Position numbers and translations under genes: made by a program
Notes under the pieces: generated by a model
The model's database searches: none
Told to the model about the DNA's origin: nothing
Seen by the model: the letters and a program-made list of their open reading frames with translations, nothing else
Shown here: one piece after another, positions 27,268-41,678 of the stretch
Position numbering within the stretch: position 1 is the stretch's first letter
Layout: every line of letters begins with the position of its first letter
From: Eledone cirrhosa
Taxonomy: Eukaryota
Assembly (NCBI GenBank): GCA_964016885.1
Contig: OZ024740.1
Span: forward strand, 298,778,001 to 298,842,000
Reading direction: 5' to 3'
Length of the DNA stretch: 64,000 nucleotides

Positions 27268-29588
27268 GTAAATATACAACACTGTGTAAAACCAAATATT
27301 CGATGCTGTGTAGATATGATGTGTTGTGTTTCAGAATATTCTTTCAGTTAATAAAGCAGGAATATGATGGAAGTATTTGTGAAATGGATATTTGATAAAC
27401 ATGTGCTGGGTACTGATATCACCTTCATTTATATATACTCTTTTCCATGCTTACATGGGTTGGATGGGTCCTCTCCAAAGCAATACCTTGATACTTGAGA
27501 TCTTCTTTCATTTCCCTTGTGAAGTTCACCATCCTGAGATTAGCTTTCACTATTTCTGCCCACATCTTTTTTGGTTTTCCTCTTCAACAGGTTCCTTCCA
27601 CTGTGAAGTTTTGAAACTTCTGTATCTGATTGCTATCATCTATACACATTACATGTTCATACTAGCACAGTCTTCTCTATTGCACACTTGACAATCAGTT
27701 AATGAACTATAACATGTCTTCTCATCTTCAACTAAATGAAATCGTTTCTATGTTTACCTTAATTAATCCCATTTTAATAAACCTATCTTAGACCTCCAGC
27801 AGTTTAATAATAGCTATATTTCTAAATCTTTCGAAATACTTGATTATTTAAAAAACTATTTTCAAATCATAAACAGTGTTTTTCAGTAGACATATAGTAA
27901 TGAAAGGGTTAAAGCAAGTATTAACTATCCCCAGTTTCCTAGTATGAGATGGCTTAAAAGTAATGTACTGCCATATATGTAATACACTGCCATATATGGG
28001 AGATATTATAATCTCTCCCATATAAATGTAAAGGGCTTATAAGTTCTGCTGTTCTCTCATTTCATGGCATCCAATGAGAGAGAGAAATATTCTCCTGAAC
28101 AGGATACTAGTCTATCTCAGTAATATTCTGCAACCAGCCGGCTACTTTCATGTAACAGATGAATTGAGTTATGTGAAATTAAGTGTACTATCCTACCATA
28201 ACTTAGAATTAAAATTTGTCTGTAGTGTATTTGAACTCAAGACTTGCTGGTAGAGTCACTTGTTCATTTATCTTCATAGAGTCTGTCTCAGGCTCCTCAG
28301 GCCAGTGCTTATCACAATCTCATTGGTACTAAGTGACTAAGAGCACAAAACAATTCATCACAGGGATAAGTCCCAGCTACTGCTGGTACTCATCTTTAGT
28401 TGAGTGGACTAGAAGGATGTGAAATGAAGTGTTTTGCTCAAGAACACATCATGCCATTTTGTGTAAGAATAAAACCCATCATATAACAGTCATATGTCCA
28501 ACACATGAACCACAAAGCCAGCCATCCAATATAGATTTGTGAACAGTAACCTCATTTTGAGACTGTAGAGTAATTCAATGAGTTAATATATGGTTCACTG
28601 CAACATAGATGGTGTTTGTCACAGAAAAGGATTCCAACTGTAGATTATTTCAGAAAAGAAAATCTTGTCAGAGGGAGAAAGGTTGAGCCCGCAAAATTTT
28701 TTTTGGGGGCCTCTGGATGGAAGGGAAGAAAACATCCTTAGACTGGAAAATTATCTCAAATATTTTCAACAGAATAAATGAAGGCTCAAAAGGGTAAACT
28801 GATGGTGATAAAATGGGTGACAGGTTAAGTCTACCACCTAAGAAGTACAGTCTCTCCATTGGTCTTCTACACATTTCCCATGTATCCAATTTCACTCACA
28901 GGCTTTTATTCATCTGAAACAATGGTAGAAGGCATTTGCTCAAGGTGTCACATAGTGGGATCAAACCCAGAACCATATGCTTGCAAAGTGAACTTCTTAA
29001 ATACATGAGCAAACCCATTCCTATTCTTAGGATTAACCACAGGAGACTTATATTCAAATGGCTGTAAATATTAAGGAAAAAAATTATGGAAAGTATTGTC
29101 TGAAAAAAGAAATCTGATAAATATTGTAACATTTTCGAAATAATAGAATTTAAGAAATAACTTTCAAGCTTGTAGCTACATTTTGTCCTTTGTGGAATCA
29201 GATTTATGTAAATGTTCTTTGTTTTAGTTTAGTTTAGTTTATTTACTTCTTGAAAAACGTACATGTTCCTACAGTTTTATTACTGTTTGTCTATATGCGT
29301 GTTTCAGTGGGTGAATTTGTACATATATGTGATATGTATTTTAATGATTGTATGCAATTGTATATTACTGTGTGTATTGATATGTATGTATACATACATA
29401 TATATATATATATAAAATTCATTAAGAAATTATTTTGCATATGTAAAAATACTGTTAAAGATACTTATTTTTATGTATGCATATACATACATGTGTTTAT
29501 GAATCCCTCTCTCTATATATATGTATATATATATATATATATATGGATATATATATATATATGCACACACACATACATTTACACACAC

Positions 29589-29619
<31 letters not shown>

Positions 29620-30798
29620 CACACATACATTTATTTATGTATATGTGTGTCTGTCTGTCTGTCTGTATATATGTACATGTGTGTATGATGGTTATTAATG
29701 TAGATTTCTGGCTATGTCTGTATAGAAATGTATATTTATGTATTATGTATATTTTTACATTACACACAAACAACACATCAGAATTGTAGGTTGCATGCTA
29801 AATGTTCAGTGAAATATGGCTATTGTCAGAGATAGTACTCACAAAGTTTTACCAATGTGAAAACCATTATGAAAAATGGTAGCCTGGATTGTATGATGAA
29901 AGTCATTATTCTTTTACTTCTTATTGTATCTATAGCCTGATTGTTTAGTGTATATGTGGCCATCAAATTAACTTTTTCAACTTGATACCTTGTTTTATGG
30001 GAACTGCTGAAAATTGTTCCTAGATGTCGTTTAGTAGTATTGTTTTATGCCATTTATCTACATACAGTTAATATCAATATCATCATCATCATCACAACCA
30101 CCATGATGATGATCATCATCATTTTATGACAGCTTTCCATGCTTGCATGGGTTGGTATGGCCAGAATCAGTTCTTCTTGAGTTACTGACCTTGTAGATGT
30201 GTCAGAGGACGATGTCTTACTCATCCATTCCATGTTTGCCATGCTTTCTATGGCTGGGTGTGAACAGCAGTACAATAGAGATTATATCCCCTGTGGGACT
30301 ACAAGGCTCTCTCAACCTTCCATTGTTTTCACATGTTTGCATAGGTTTGGTTTCTTTATATCCTTTCCTAGAACTCCATTTCCTTAGAACACACATCCAC
30401 CCAACTCCCATATACTCTCAAACTAGTAATCACCATCAGGTAACTGATGAACAATGTAAATATATATTATATAATAATAAAAAAATTATTAATATTTATC
30501 TGTAATATAGGAAGTGTAATTGGCTGTTACTTTATTTTTTCCACCTAAGAAGGAAGAAAACTTGTCACCATCAGTGGTATTTGAACTCAGGATGGAAAAT
30601 TACAAAACTAAATTTTACATAGCAATTTGACTGATATGTTACCAAATATGCAATGGCATCATTATTATCATCATCAAGCCTTGTGAGTTAAATTGAGTAG
30701 ACAGAAACTGCTTGGAAGCCTGTCAAATGAACTGTACCTGTAATTTAATGGGCCAATCTTATCACACACTGCCATGCTGAATCTCCTTGAGAATTACG

Positions 30799-30959
30799 TT
30801 AACCCTTTAGTTCTACATTACTCTATATTTACTATTATATTTTCATGGTGAAGGCTTTACATCACATATAATTATGAGCAGCTGGTTACAGCTAGTATGA
30901 ACAGAAAGAGGTGAGAAAATTCAGGCTGGATGTGGCCAGTTTAAATGATAAAGGGTTAA
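30799..30959. mobile_element. TTAA-flanked MITE nested in a SINE-like repeat; related copy at ~63710-63956, and a second subfamily ending at ~13326, ~17774, ~23423, ~24626, ~26736 and ~27912
   Basis: TTAA|CCCTTTAG ... ATAAAGGG|TTAA. The other copies share a TTAGAAATATG...AAGGGTTAA terminus. Confidence 0.7.
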
Positions 30960-32151
30960 GGTTACACGTATTTGTGAAATGCTCAACCACTTACACATTA
31001 ATTTCGAACAACTGGAGCACTCCTCATCAAAACCAATGGAGATCCATTCCTATTATCTTCAAAAAGATGGGATTGTCATGAGTGGAATTTCTATAATTAT
31101 AAATCTGCTGAATCACTCAATCAAAACTGACCTGAGGCTAAACAGCAACAATATCTTACAGACAAATAAATAAATAACATTTTATTGACCACCATTATAA
31201 CTTTTAGGTTTTGTAGTTTCATTTGAGAACTTTTGACTGCTGATGGCAGAAATCAGACAGTTCTACTCTCTTTTTTTTTTTTAAGGAAATTTTTTTCTGA
31301 GTCATATAATGTCTCATATTTGTGTATAATTTCTCATTGGCAATATTTCTAGAGAAAGATATGGCCTGGAGGTTATTTCTACTAATATTTCTAGGTCTCT
31401 TTATTATTTGAATTGCAATACAGCAGAACAAGCTGTTTAATTATCACTGTAGAATTCTTTCCTCTTTCATTATGTCGATCAATTCCTCATACCTATATAA
31501 TCCATCATTATCTTTCTTCATCTCCTTGAATATCTACATCACCCTGCTCCCACCTAGACTTTTCTAACCTTCTACTTTTTCCTTTTTTTTTTCTTTTGTC
31601 TCCTCAACCCCCTTCTCCTCTTCATTATGCTTGCATTTCTGATGGAATTGTAATTTCTTTTTTACCACCACCAGCAATACCAAAGCTGCAGCTATTGAAG
31701 CATAATTAACACATTTATAGTACACAATTCATTTTTTGGCAGTACTGTGTAATGATTACTATATGGCTGCCTTCATTCTGAGTTCAAATGCTGCTACACC
31801 TGACTTTGTTTTTCATTTCATTGAGATTAATACAAGCATGGAAAATATATGTTGAATAATGATGATGATGATGTAGCAGGATAGGCCAGGGATTATACAA
31901 AACCCCAGGCCTATCCCAATTGAGTTCATATGATCTGATCAAAGATTCATGATCATCTCATATTTTTTTTACAAACATGAAATCATTAAAAAAGATGTTA
32001 AGTACCAGTTATAATTACATGATATTTTTTTTTCTTATTTTGCTTTGTTAATTAAACATTTACAAAAAAGAGTATCAATTCAATAGTGATATAAGTCCAA
32101 TCAATCATACCCCCGCTACTTTTAAAAAATTGACATTCTTCCTGGTTATAC

Positions 32152-32551
32152 ATCATCATAATCATCATCATCACCGTTTTACATCTGTTTTTGCACACTA
32201 GCATGGGTTAGACAGGTCGTCCTGTTGTGGGCAGTGTCCAGTTGGCTGACCTTGTCTTGCTCATACAGAACTGATTTTGGCTTGATTTCTACAGCTGGAT
32301 GCCCTTCCTAACACCAACCTCATTTACAGTGAGTGCTGGGTGCTTTGTTTCCGTGGCGCCTGCACGTCCAGTTTACAGTGTGGGCTGGGTGCTTTTCACC
32401 GTGGCACCTCCATGACCACTTTGCAGTGGAATGATAGGGACCCCAGTCCTATAATCTCATTTCTACAGCTGAGTAAACTGGAGCAATGTGAAATAAAGTG
32501 TCTTGCTCAAGGAAACAACACATCACCCGGTCTGAGAATTGAACTCACAAC
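32152..32551 (-). mobile_element. Same SINE family, head truncated at a TA tract
   Basis: 32270-32551 matches 41730-42011. Confidence 0.8.
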
Positions 32552-32569
32552 ATGTATATATGTATATAT

Positions 32570-32754
32570 AATGAAGGAAGTGTGGTAAGGAACCAGGTGG
32601 ACCATAATGCACCAGAGTACTCGATACTTAGGGTAGGAGAGTGGGTAATAGGAAAAGAGTCAGGACCCCAATGGTTGATCTCATGTCGCTTCGACGGCTA
32701 GATCTGAAGTAGCTGTCGAAACAGCCGGAGCTCAGCCGTCGGGGTCCTGACTCT

Positions 32755-32758
<4 letters not shown>
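32570..32758. other. TA-bounded ~190-bp element ending in a 107-nt hairpin
   Basis: Perfect 18-bp arms at 32652-32669 and 32741-32758, with inner TTCGACGGCTA/TAGCTGTCGAA. A right-arm copy is at ~19947-19997. Confidence 0.75.
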
Positions 32759-32793
<35 letters not shown>

Positions 32794-33351
32794 CATTATT
32801 ACCATAACCATTTAGTTGTATGGGCAGATAAGTCACACCCCCATTTTACATATAATGGTCTTCATTCAGTACTTGATTTATTTACATATAAGACAGAAAT
32901 TTATATATGCTTGGATGAAATTTCTAGCAAAAAATTAAAAATTAGCATATTTTTTCCCTGTAATATCTGATAAACCTAGATATAAACAAATCTTTTGGTA
33001 GCATTCTACAAGTTAAGCCTATGTTAATAAACTCTTAATTCTCTATATTTAATTATTGTGTTTTAGTTATTTAATCAAATGCCAAAACAGATTTTATTAA
33101 ATTTCATCACAAGCAACAAGGCATTTTATTAAATTTCATCGCATGTAATAACTAAATAAGCAACATTCTCTGTATACCCCAGAATGCACGTACCATTTCC
33201 TGTGAATTTTAATTATATCAAATACCTTTTCTGGTGTAGAACATGTTTGGAAGTTTATAAACTCAAGTAAATTGCAGAACAACAATACAGACTTTATACA
33301 TTGCTAATCTGTTCTACATCTGTATAGTGCAATAATGATGATTTCTAGTTC

Positions 33352-33627
33352 ACGCACGTGGCCTAGTGGTAAACGTGTTGAATTTAGATCATAATGTCGT
33401 GGGTTTGATTCCTGGGCTGGGTTGTGCGTTGTGTTCTTGAGCAAAACACTTCATTTCATGTTGCTCCAGTATACTCACCTGAAAATGAGTACCAGCAATA
33501 GCTGGGGAGTTTAACCCTGTGATGAACTGGCATCCTGTCCAGGAGGAAGTTTTATATGCTTAGTTGCATCATGCCACAAATCTGGATAAGCACTGGCCTG
33601 ATGAGCCTCCTAGCATGAGACAGACTT
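33352..33627 (+). mobile_element. tRNA-derived SINE with a Meta-domain-like core; diverged antisense copy at ~28280-28520
   Basis: A/B boxes, then AACCCTGTGATGAACTGGCATCCTGTCCAGG...GATAAGCACTGGCCTGATGAGCC...CAGACT. This resembles the MetaSINE core as I recall it. Confidence 0.6.
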
Positions 33628-33789
33628 AGAGTTTAGGCAAAAGACGAGAGTTTAGGCACATTTGTAGGGTGGGGAAAATCAATTATATCGACCCAGAAAA
33701 GGATGAAAGGCAAAGTTGACCTCAGCAGGATTTGAATTCAGAATGTAAAAGGTTCCTTTAAACCCAGCTTGGATTTCTTTTAAACCCAG

Positions 33790-34130
33790 CTTTTCCCTCA
33801 GCTTGTCCAAGCTCTGCCTTTCTCCTACTTTACATTGCACTTCCAGTCCTGTGACTGGAAAATGTTTATATCATTAGCACTCTTCCTCTTGATTTCTCCT
33901 GTGCATCTTCTACATGCAAAGTTCTCCCTTCCTGTTCGTCTACTCATTATCCCACTACATCTTTTGTGTACTGAAGATTTACATTATGTATATTGTATGG
34001 AGTTTATGCCTACTCATTTTCTGCATATTAAGCATGGCCACTTCCCTGAGTGAATATGAGTATATCTTCTCTTCTCACAGCACTTTTGTTTAGGCTAAGT
34101 TTACTCTCAGACCTTTTGATTCCAAATTCC
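33790..34130 (-). mobile_element. Older RTE fragment covering the PHD-like finger region
   Basis: Diverged similarity to 17100-17400 (cactacatctttt..., agcatggccacttccc). Confidence 0.6.
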
Positions 34131-35469
34131 AAATATATCCTTATTGTGTTATATTAATTTTATTTACTCAACACTTATAATTATCCATAAATATATTTTA
34201 GCTATTTAAAGGTAACTATTTGAAGCACTGCCAGCTTAACACACTACTTTTTGTGTCTAAAAAGTATCATATATTTTGTATTGAATTCAGAAAAAATATA
34301 GTTGCTTGACCAGCTGAATTCCTGCTTAAAGAGCAGTTTGGATTCATAACTATCTGACTGGAAGCTTCTATTGGTTAGTAACAATTATTTTGGCATGATA
34401 CCAGCAAAACTGCTTGCAGTCGGGAATGAGAAACACTCTTCATACTCATGATCAATATACAGATAAAATTTTCAAGTGTTCATGGATCTCTCAGTAGTTG
34501 TCAAGCATGAAATTTAGTTGTAGTTGAATACCTTCCAATTGGTGATGCTGGGTGATTTTCTCCAACTATTGTAAGCTTGTAGGTTTTGTTTAGTAATGGA
34601 CAATGGTTATGTAAGATATATAGGGGTATAATCTTTGTTACCAGCTTTACAGTACTGGATCAGTTAGAAATTTGTTGCCAAGAATAGCCAGCCTTAAAAT
34701 TGTCAGATCTCTGACCAATTAGCTGACATGAAATACCATAGAATTTATGGAACAGACATTGTGTTGTATATTGATGTACAATGGGTTCTGGTGGCTGGTA
34801 ATGATTGGCTGTTTCTATGAAGAAATAGGGGTAAAAACGTAGATCATGATGATGTTGATCATCATCATTTAATGTCCACTTTCCCTGCTATCACAGATGA
34901 AGGCCAGGGTTTTGCATCTTATTTACATATAGTCTCATGTTCTACTGAATGCATTTATCATGGCACCAGCACAAAAGATGTTGTCATGTCTTTGGTACAA
35001 CTGAAGTTTCTACCAACACTTTGTTGGGCAAGCTTCCTATCACCAACCATTTTACAGTGTGTACTGGATGTTTTTATTGTGTAGATCACCAACACTGGGG
35101 AGGCTGTCATGTCCTCGACACAATTGAAGGGTCCTCCCAACCCTTTGTGCAAGCCCTATTTTTCACTCTGTTGCTACTGCCATTGATGGTGACTTTCATT
35201 GGCACTCAACACGTTTTGGGTTTCTTCTTTACTATCTTCACCTCTTGGTTAAGAGTCTTGCTGTTGCTGTTGTTGTTTTACCAAAGCAGACCTTTGATCA
35301 AAGACATTCTAGCCGTGATCATCCTATCATTTCAGAAGAGTTTATCTCAGACTTCATAATCAAATTCTGCATTCCTTTTTCAAAAGACGTTTGAGTAGGA
35401 TTTGAGAGATATATGGTGTTGTTTCTAACAGGATAAACAACAATATAAAGACTATTCAGAGTGTGAGGT

Positions 35470-35935
35470 GTCTTCTTCGCCCAATTATTCCTGAGAGAGT
35501 AGTGGGGGAAGATTCCTCAAACACTCCTTCTAGCAGGTCCTGTCAGAAGCAACCATCTCCAACTGATTTGACTGGATCCCCAAGCATGACCAGCCAAGTT
35601 TGTGGAATGTTATCTAACCATCTTGCTCTGGGTCTACTCCCAGATCTCCTGCCAGTTGGTTTTGCCAGTAAAATCTGTCCAGTGATTCTTTCCTGAGACA
35701 TTCTAACCACAATCCCATAGTATCGGAGGTGTGATCTCTCAATTTGGAGAAGTAGCAGCTCTACCTGGAGTGACTCTCTGATCTCCGAGCTATGCACTCC
35801 ATCAATTAATATTACTCAAAAGACACATCAGAGGAACTTGTATCGGCTGCCTGTATTTGTTGTTTGTATTCTTTTGGTCATTAACCAAGATTCATGATCA
35901 TAGGTAATGGTTGGCACGAATACTGAGGGTATCAA
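35470..35935 (-). mobile_element. 3' end of the second RTE-type LINE family; related pieces at ~14982-15200 (-), ~18700-19010 (+) and ~52780-53060 (+)
   Basis: IERSHLRYYG.VVRMSQER...KPTGRR..SRPRARWLD C-terminus. The shared 3' end has a (GAA)n tail. Confidence 0.75.
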
Positions 35936-36017
35936 TATGTAAATCCCTGCTCTAATCATAAGCCTGCATAAACTTTTTAGCACAGACATTAACAAAAATA
36001 ACAAACACAGCATATAT

Positions 36018-36031
36018 TACACACACACACA

Positions 36032-36097
<66 letters not shown>

Positions 36098-36104
36098 CAC
36101 ACAC
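36018..36104. repeat. (CA)n microsatellite
   Basis: Direct inspection. Confidence 0.95.
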
Positions 36105-39100
36105 TTCTATTGTATGTACAGCCGGAGGTGTTCTTGACACTAGTAAAGGTAGCAGTAGGTGATAATCTTAGAATCGTTTAGATAGTAGTTGAGAAAATGA
36201 GTGATATTGTGATAGTCATAAGCTGCTCCTTCTCCCTCAAGCAAGCTACATCCAAGGGCAGTGGGCTGGCAGAATTGATGCAGTTTTGGACAAAGTGCCA
36301 AGCTATGTTTACTTTCATCTCCTGAATTAAAATCATCTTGTGGTAGATAAATGAAATATTAGTCAAAGGTAGTGGACTGGCTGAATTGCTATCCCTGGTT
36401 TGAGTGCCTTGCAGTATTTGTTCCTTGTCTTTGCATTCTGCATTTAATCTTACTATTGCCTGGTTTAACCACCGGCACCTGTCTTTTAGTGGAGTACACC
36501 ATGCTGCAAGCTGGTCTCCATTTTGAAGATACCTTCCTCCCTTTCACCATTTTAGCGGACCTTTAAATGGTAATAGGTAATGGCCTTCCAGTTAGAGATG
36601 CTTTCATTTCACTGTTAATCTTTTAAATGAAAAGCAGTAACATCAGAACACCTACTTTCCCTAAACCCTGCAGTCTGTATAGGTTGATCACCCACTGGTG
36701 AATACCATTGATCACAAAAGTCTCAAACAATTACTTCTTTGTATTACACTTGTGTGAGGAATAAATCATGGTTTTTCTTCTGCTGTTAGGATACTAGAAC
36801 TTTCAGAGCATCTGATAGCTTAGAAGAAAGAAGTAGATGATGATGATGATGTTTATCAATATGATGATGATGATGATGTCTTGAAACTTTGCACTTAAAA
36901 ATGACAGTTAAAGCTTTATTTTTTCTCTATAAAAAAAAAAAATTATAATTAAATACTAAACCAAACTAAATAAAAATAAATTTAGAAAACAATTTTTAGG
37001 AAAAAATAAAGAAGAAATGAAAGTGAGGTGGAAAGGAAGCTTTTTCATTTTATTGCTGTCATTTTTGTTGTTATTGTTGTTGTTGCTGTTGATGTTGCTT
37101 TCTGAATTTTACCTGCTTATCTCACAACAGATTATTGTGCATTCTCTTGCATCTTTAATGCAAATCAGTTGCTAATGGTAACAGCCTTTCAGAATTAGCG
37201 TCAACTACAGCGAATCTATATGGAATTCTGTCTTATAGCAATATTGATGTGTTGCCCAGCTATATTTGCCAAATATACATTTACAGCATTACTTTGATAA
37301 AATTCTGTGGCTGTTGCTTCTCCCCACCTCCTCGCTTCTCTTTCTCTCTGAAATGTTACTAGCAGAGAGGTGGGAAAGCAGGGATATAAGTATTTCTTTT
37401 TATTCTAAAATTTGGCACCTGTTTACAACTGAACATGGCTCTAAACTGGGTTTCATGTACTTAGTACCTCTTATCCTGTTACCATCATTATTATATGTAT
37501 GTGAGTGTGAATGCATGCACGCACACACACAGACACACAGATACACGGACACACACATGTGATAGAAGAGACAGTATAGAGGAGAAGTAATGCTATAGGA
37601 ATAGTATAGGGTATAAACAGATCTGATGCAACTGGACTGGTGAAGAGGGCAAGAGTATGATAGGAGAAAGAGAATAATTGGAGTAAGTAACGGAGTAGGA
37701 TTAATGGGAGAGGAAAAATTGTTGGTAAAAATAATTGTTTCTACGTTAAGCACAAGGCCAGCAATCACCCAGTACATTACTGGTACTTTATTTTATCGAC
37801 CCCATAAGGATGAAAGGCAAAGTTAAACTTAATTTACCTTGTTGGTAAAAATAATACAAGTGAGATAGTACAGGTGTCTGTGGTGGGGTAGTGGTAGCTA
37901 CATGTTTTCTGGGGATTGGTGAAATTGATGGATGTCAAGATGAAGTAACTTTGGAGATAAAGAGTAATGGTTGTCAGGGTGATGCTCAGATGGTTGGGGT
38001 ATACATAGATCTGGTGCAACCCCTTGTACATAACCATCATAATAAGGTAGATAAGTAGACAGATAAGGTTGGTGGCAGGTGCAGAGATTGAATACAAACA
38101 GAACTTAAAACATCCCTTGTTTTTTTTTTCTGAAGGTACATGGCTTGGTGGCTAGGTTGTTCATTTCACGATCATAAGGTTGTGAGTTCAATTCTTGCTC
38201 ATATCAGGCAAGAGGTTGTGTCCTTGAGCAGGATGCTTTACTTCATGTTGCTCCAGTGGTCTGAATACATATTATTCCTTTCTACTGTATTAATGATATT
38301 GAAAGCTCTAGAGACAAAAGAAAATAATCTGTTGCTGAGGCTACCTCTTATTTCTCTATGCTTGGATGAGATGGAGCCATCCTTACTTCTATGTGTTGTT
38401 TGGTACAGTAAATAAGATGAGGAACAAATACTGCAAGGCACTCAAACCAGGGCTAGCAATTCAGCCAGTCTGCAGAATCTGCAGATGGTTGCTTAAGGGG
38501 GTCATATAGGATAGGAGATCCAGATGAAAATATATCTCTCAGCCTCTACCACTACCAACATTGTCATGTTTCTTTTGCTATGCTTGCAGAGGTTGGTGGG
38601 TTTTCTCCATCACAAGGTGTCACCAATCACCACAGTGTTTTACTGTCTTTATCATTTCCTTCATAAAGCTCAGCATCCTGATATCAGTTGTCATCACTTT
38701 GTTCCATGTCTTCTAAAGTCAACCTATTGAAAGTCCTGATGTTTTTTTATACAGTTGCTATCCTCAATGTACATCATATTATTGTACCAGTCCTATCTTC
38801 TTTCTTACACTCTACATCTAATTTCTCTTATGTCCATGTTCCATCTCTGCTTATTTGTGCTTCATTGTTCATATTCACTAAAATTGCACATCCATCAGAA
38901 CATACTTCATTCCTTTCTACCCTTCTCAGATTCTCTGCATTTAAGGCTCACATCATATTACCAAGCAGCATGGCATTTTGTACACATCATACAATCTACC
39001 ATTCCCTACTATGCTTTCAGAACACTCACTTCCACAGATAATTAACATTGGTAGAGCTTCTTCCTGCTACAATGCTAAATGATATCTCATCTAGGCTAAT

Positions 39101-40222
39101 TCTGTCACAAATCAATTGTTCTATGACACTTTTAGTAACTTCCATGATTTGGTTCATTAACTTACTACCTTAGAAGCTTTCTTTCTCTAATGCACCTCCT
39201 TTGCCCTAGTAGCAATTAATAATGATGCTACATCAGTAATTGTGCTATCTGATTAAGGATTAGAATGGTTAGCAGGTAATATACCATCATCATCACCGTT
39301 CAATGTCCAGTTTCCATGCTAGCATGGGTTAGATGAGCTGTCCCGTTGTGCGACAAGCCAGGATGGATGATCATGTCTTGCTCATACAAAATTGATTTTG
39401 GCTTGGTTTCTACAGCTGGATGCCCTTCCTAATGCCAACCACATTTACAGTGTGTACTAGGTGCTATTTGTTGTGACACCTACACAACCATTTTACAGTG
39501 TGGGCTGAGCACTTTTTGTCATGTCACCAACACGACCACTTTGCAGTGTGGGCAGGGCGCTTTTTGTCATGACACCTACACGACCACAGCAGATATTTTC
39601 AGTAAACACACATGCACACATTCATACACATATGCATATGTGCAAACATACATGTACACACACAGTATATCCTCTTTCAAACACCAATCACTCTGTTAAG
39701 TGGTTGATCTTTGACACGCTGCCAAAAATTGGAGCATAAACGTGAGATGTGATCCTCCAGCCTGTTCAGGGAGTAGTAACTCTGAATAAGAACTAATTTG
39801 GACTGTAGTAATTCCTCCAGCCTTGGCAGTGTGGAAAGTGGATGTAAAATGGTGATGATGTTGATACACTTATGTGTTTAAATTTTATATTTAAAACTGC
39901 ATTCAATATCTATACTACATTATCAAAGCCTGAGGATACAGCTATCTCTTCCCTACTGTAATAAAGTCATTTAGATTAGTTTATTTTATAGTAGTGCAAA
40001 ATTCTAGAACAGTCCCTTTCAATACAGTACATTAATTTAACCCTTTCATAGCTGCATTTCTAATTAAATACACTCTGTTTTAATTAATTAAGGAAACATT
40101 TCAAGGGATTTATCAAAATTATTAATTATTTCGTTAGTAAGATAGTAACTTAATGTAAGGTCCTTATATAAAATTATGTTCCTTTATGATACTGTGGTTG
40201 AATGTGTTATTTCCTGTTATAG

Positions 40223-41197
40223 TCATCATCATCATCATCGTTTAACATCTATCTTCCACGCTAGCATGGGTTTAGATGGGAATTGTCCCACTTGAGGCAA
40301 GATTGGTCGGGTGACCATGTCTCACTCGTATAGGACTGTCTGGCCAGTTTTCTACGGCTGGATGTCCTTCCTAACACCAACCACGTTTACAATGTGGACT
40401 GGGAGGTTTTTACCGTGTTACCTACACAGCCACATTACAGTGTGGACTGTGTGTTTTTTTGTCATGACACCTAAACGACCTCATTTATTTTGGACTGGAT
40501 GTTGTGGTACCAACAACTTTACAGAGACAGGGTGGTGTTGGTGGGAGTGGGAGGTGGAGTAGGGTAGTGGGATGGGGATGTATATTTGGCTAAGAGGTGC
40601 CTACTGACTGTAGGTTTCGCTTTGTACATAGGCAAGGTGGGTCTTCTGTATTACTGCGTAGTGCCAAAGATCTCGGTCCAGTGACATTGTCTTAGCGAGG
40701 TGTAAGTGTGTAAGGTCGGAATTTATCAAATCGTACCAGGTTATTCTGGGTCTACCTACTCCGTAACTTCCATCACTTTTTTATACAGCTGTCATCTTTC
40801 ATGCGCATCAGGTGACCATACCAATGTAGTCTTCTCTCAAGTAAATAGCATCTGATCCCTCTTATTCCTAATTTCTCATTTAGTTCATTTATGGTTTGCT
40901 GTTTGCGTATATTACTATTACACATCCAACGGAATATGCATGCTTCGTTCCTCTCCAGTCTGCGCAGGTCCTCTGCATACAATGCCCATGTCCCACTGCC
41001 ATGTAACATTGCTGTTCGTATGCAGGCATCATACAATCTGCCTTTCATTTTTAGAGAGAAACATTTTGTGGCCAACAGTGGTATAAGCTCTGAACTTTTT
41101 CCATCCCGTTCTGACTCTGGCTACTGTACTTTCAGAGCACCCTCCACCACTGCTGATTTTGTCACCCAGGTAACGGAAGGTGCCCACTATTTCTATA
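40223..41197 (-). mobile_element. RTE-clade LINE, 5'-truncated (same family)
   Basis: Same ORF end (LYDACIRTAMLHGS, RLHWYGHLMRM), 3' UTR and (GAT)n tail. Confidence 0.88.
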
Positions 41198-41678
41198 GTA
41201 CAGATGTATAACTATTGTTACAGTACAGTCAAGTACACTGCAATATAGTTGTATAATACATTTATGGCTGGATTTAGACCCTGGGGACCTGGGTCATTTC
41301 AGGTTTGGGGGCCCCCTCATACAAAAAAAAATTAGAATACAGAGGAAACCCACAATTTTACACATTAAGGTCGACTGCTGCAAGTAACTGGAATTGAAAA
41401 GTCATACATATTGGTATTAAATTCAGAAAATTTAACTACTTTCCACAATGGCATGTATTGGAGAGGTTCTCACAGTCCAAGACCAGATATATTGGAGCGA
41501 CCTCATCTTGCTCATACATTACATATTTTATATGATTTCTATGGCTGGATGCCCTTGCTAACATAACTACTTTAGAGTGTTTACTGGGTGCATTGTTTGT
41601 GCGATACCAGCACAACCACTTTACACAGCAACACTAAATATTTTATTGCCCCCCATTAAATCCATCCCTGAATACAGT

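Noticed and set aside
33598-33604. Other CUGANGA hits (also ~348, ~2008, ~9384, ~12750, ~25655, ~49892)
   Set aside because: No correctly placed GAAA, stems or NUH triplet. The 33598 hit is part of a SINE tail.
34500-34730. Possible Pif1/Helitron helicase relic (VMLGDFLQL, LLPRI)
   Set aside because: Two short motifs in different frames with implausible spacing; too weak without a search.
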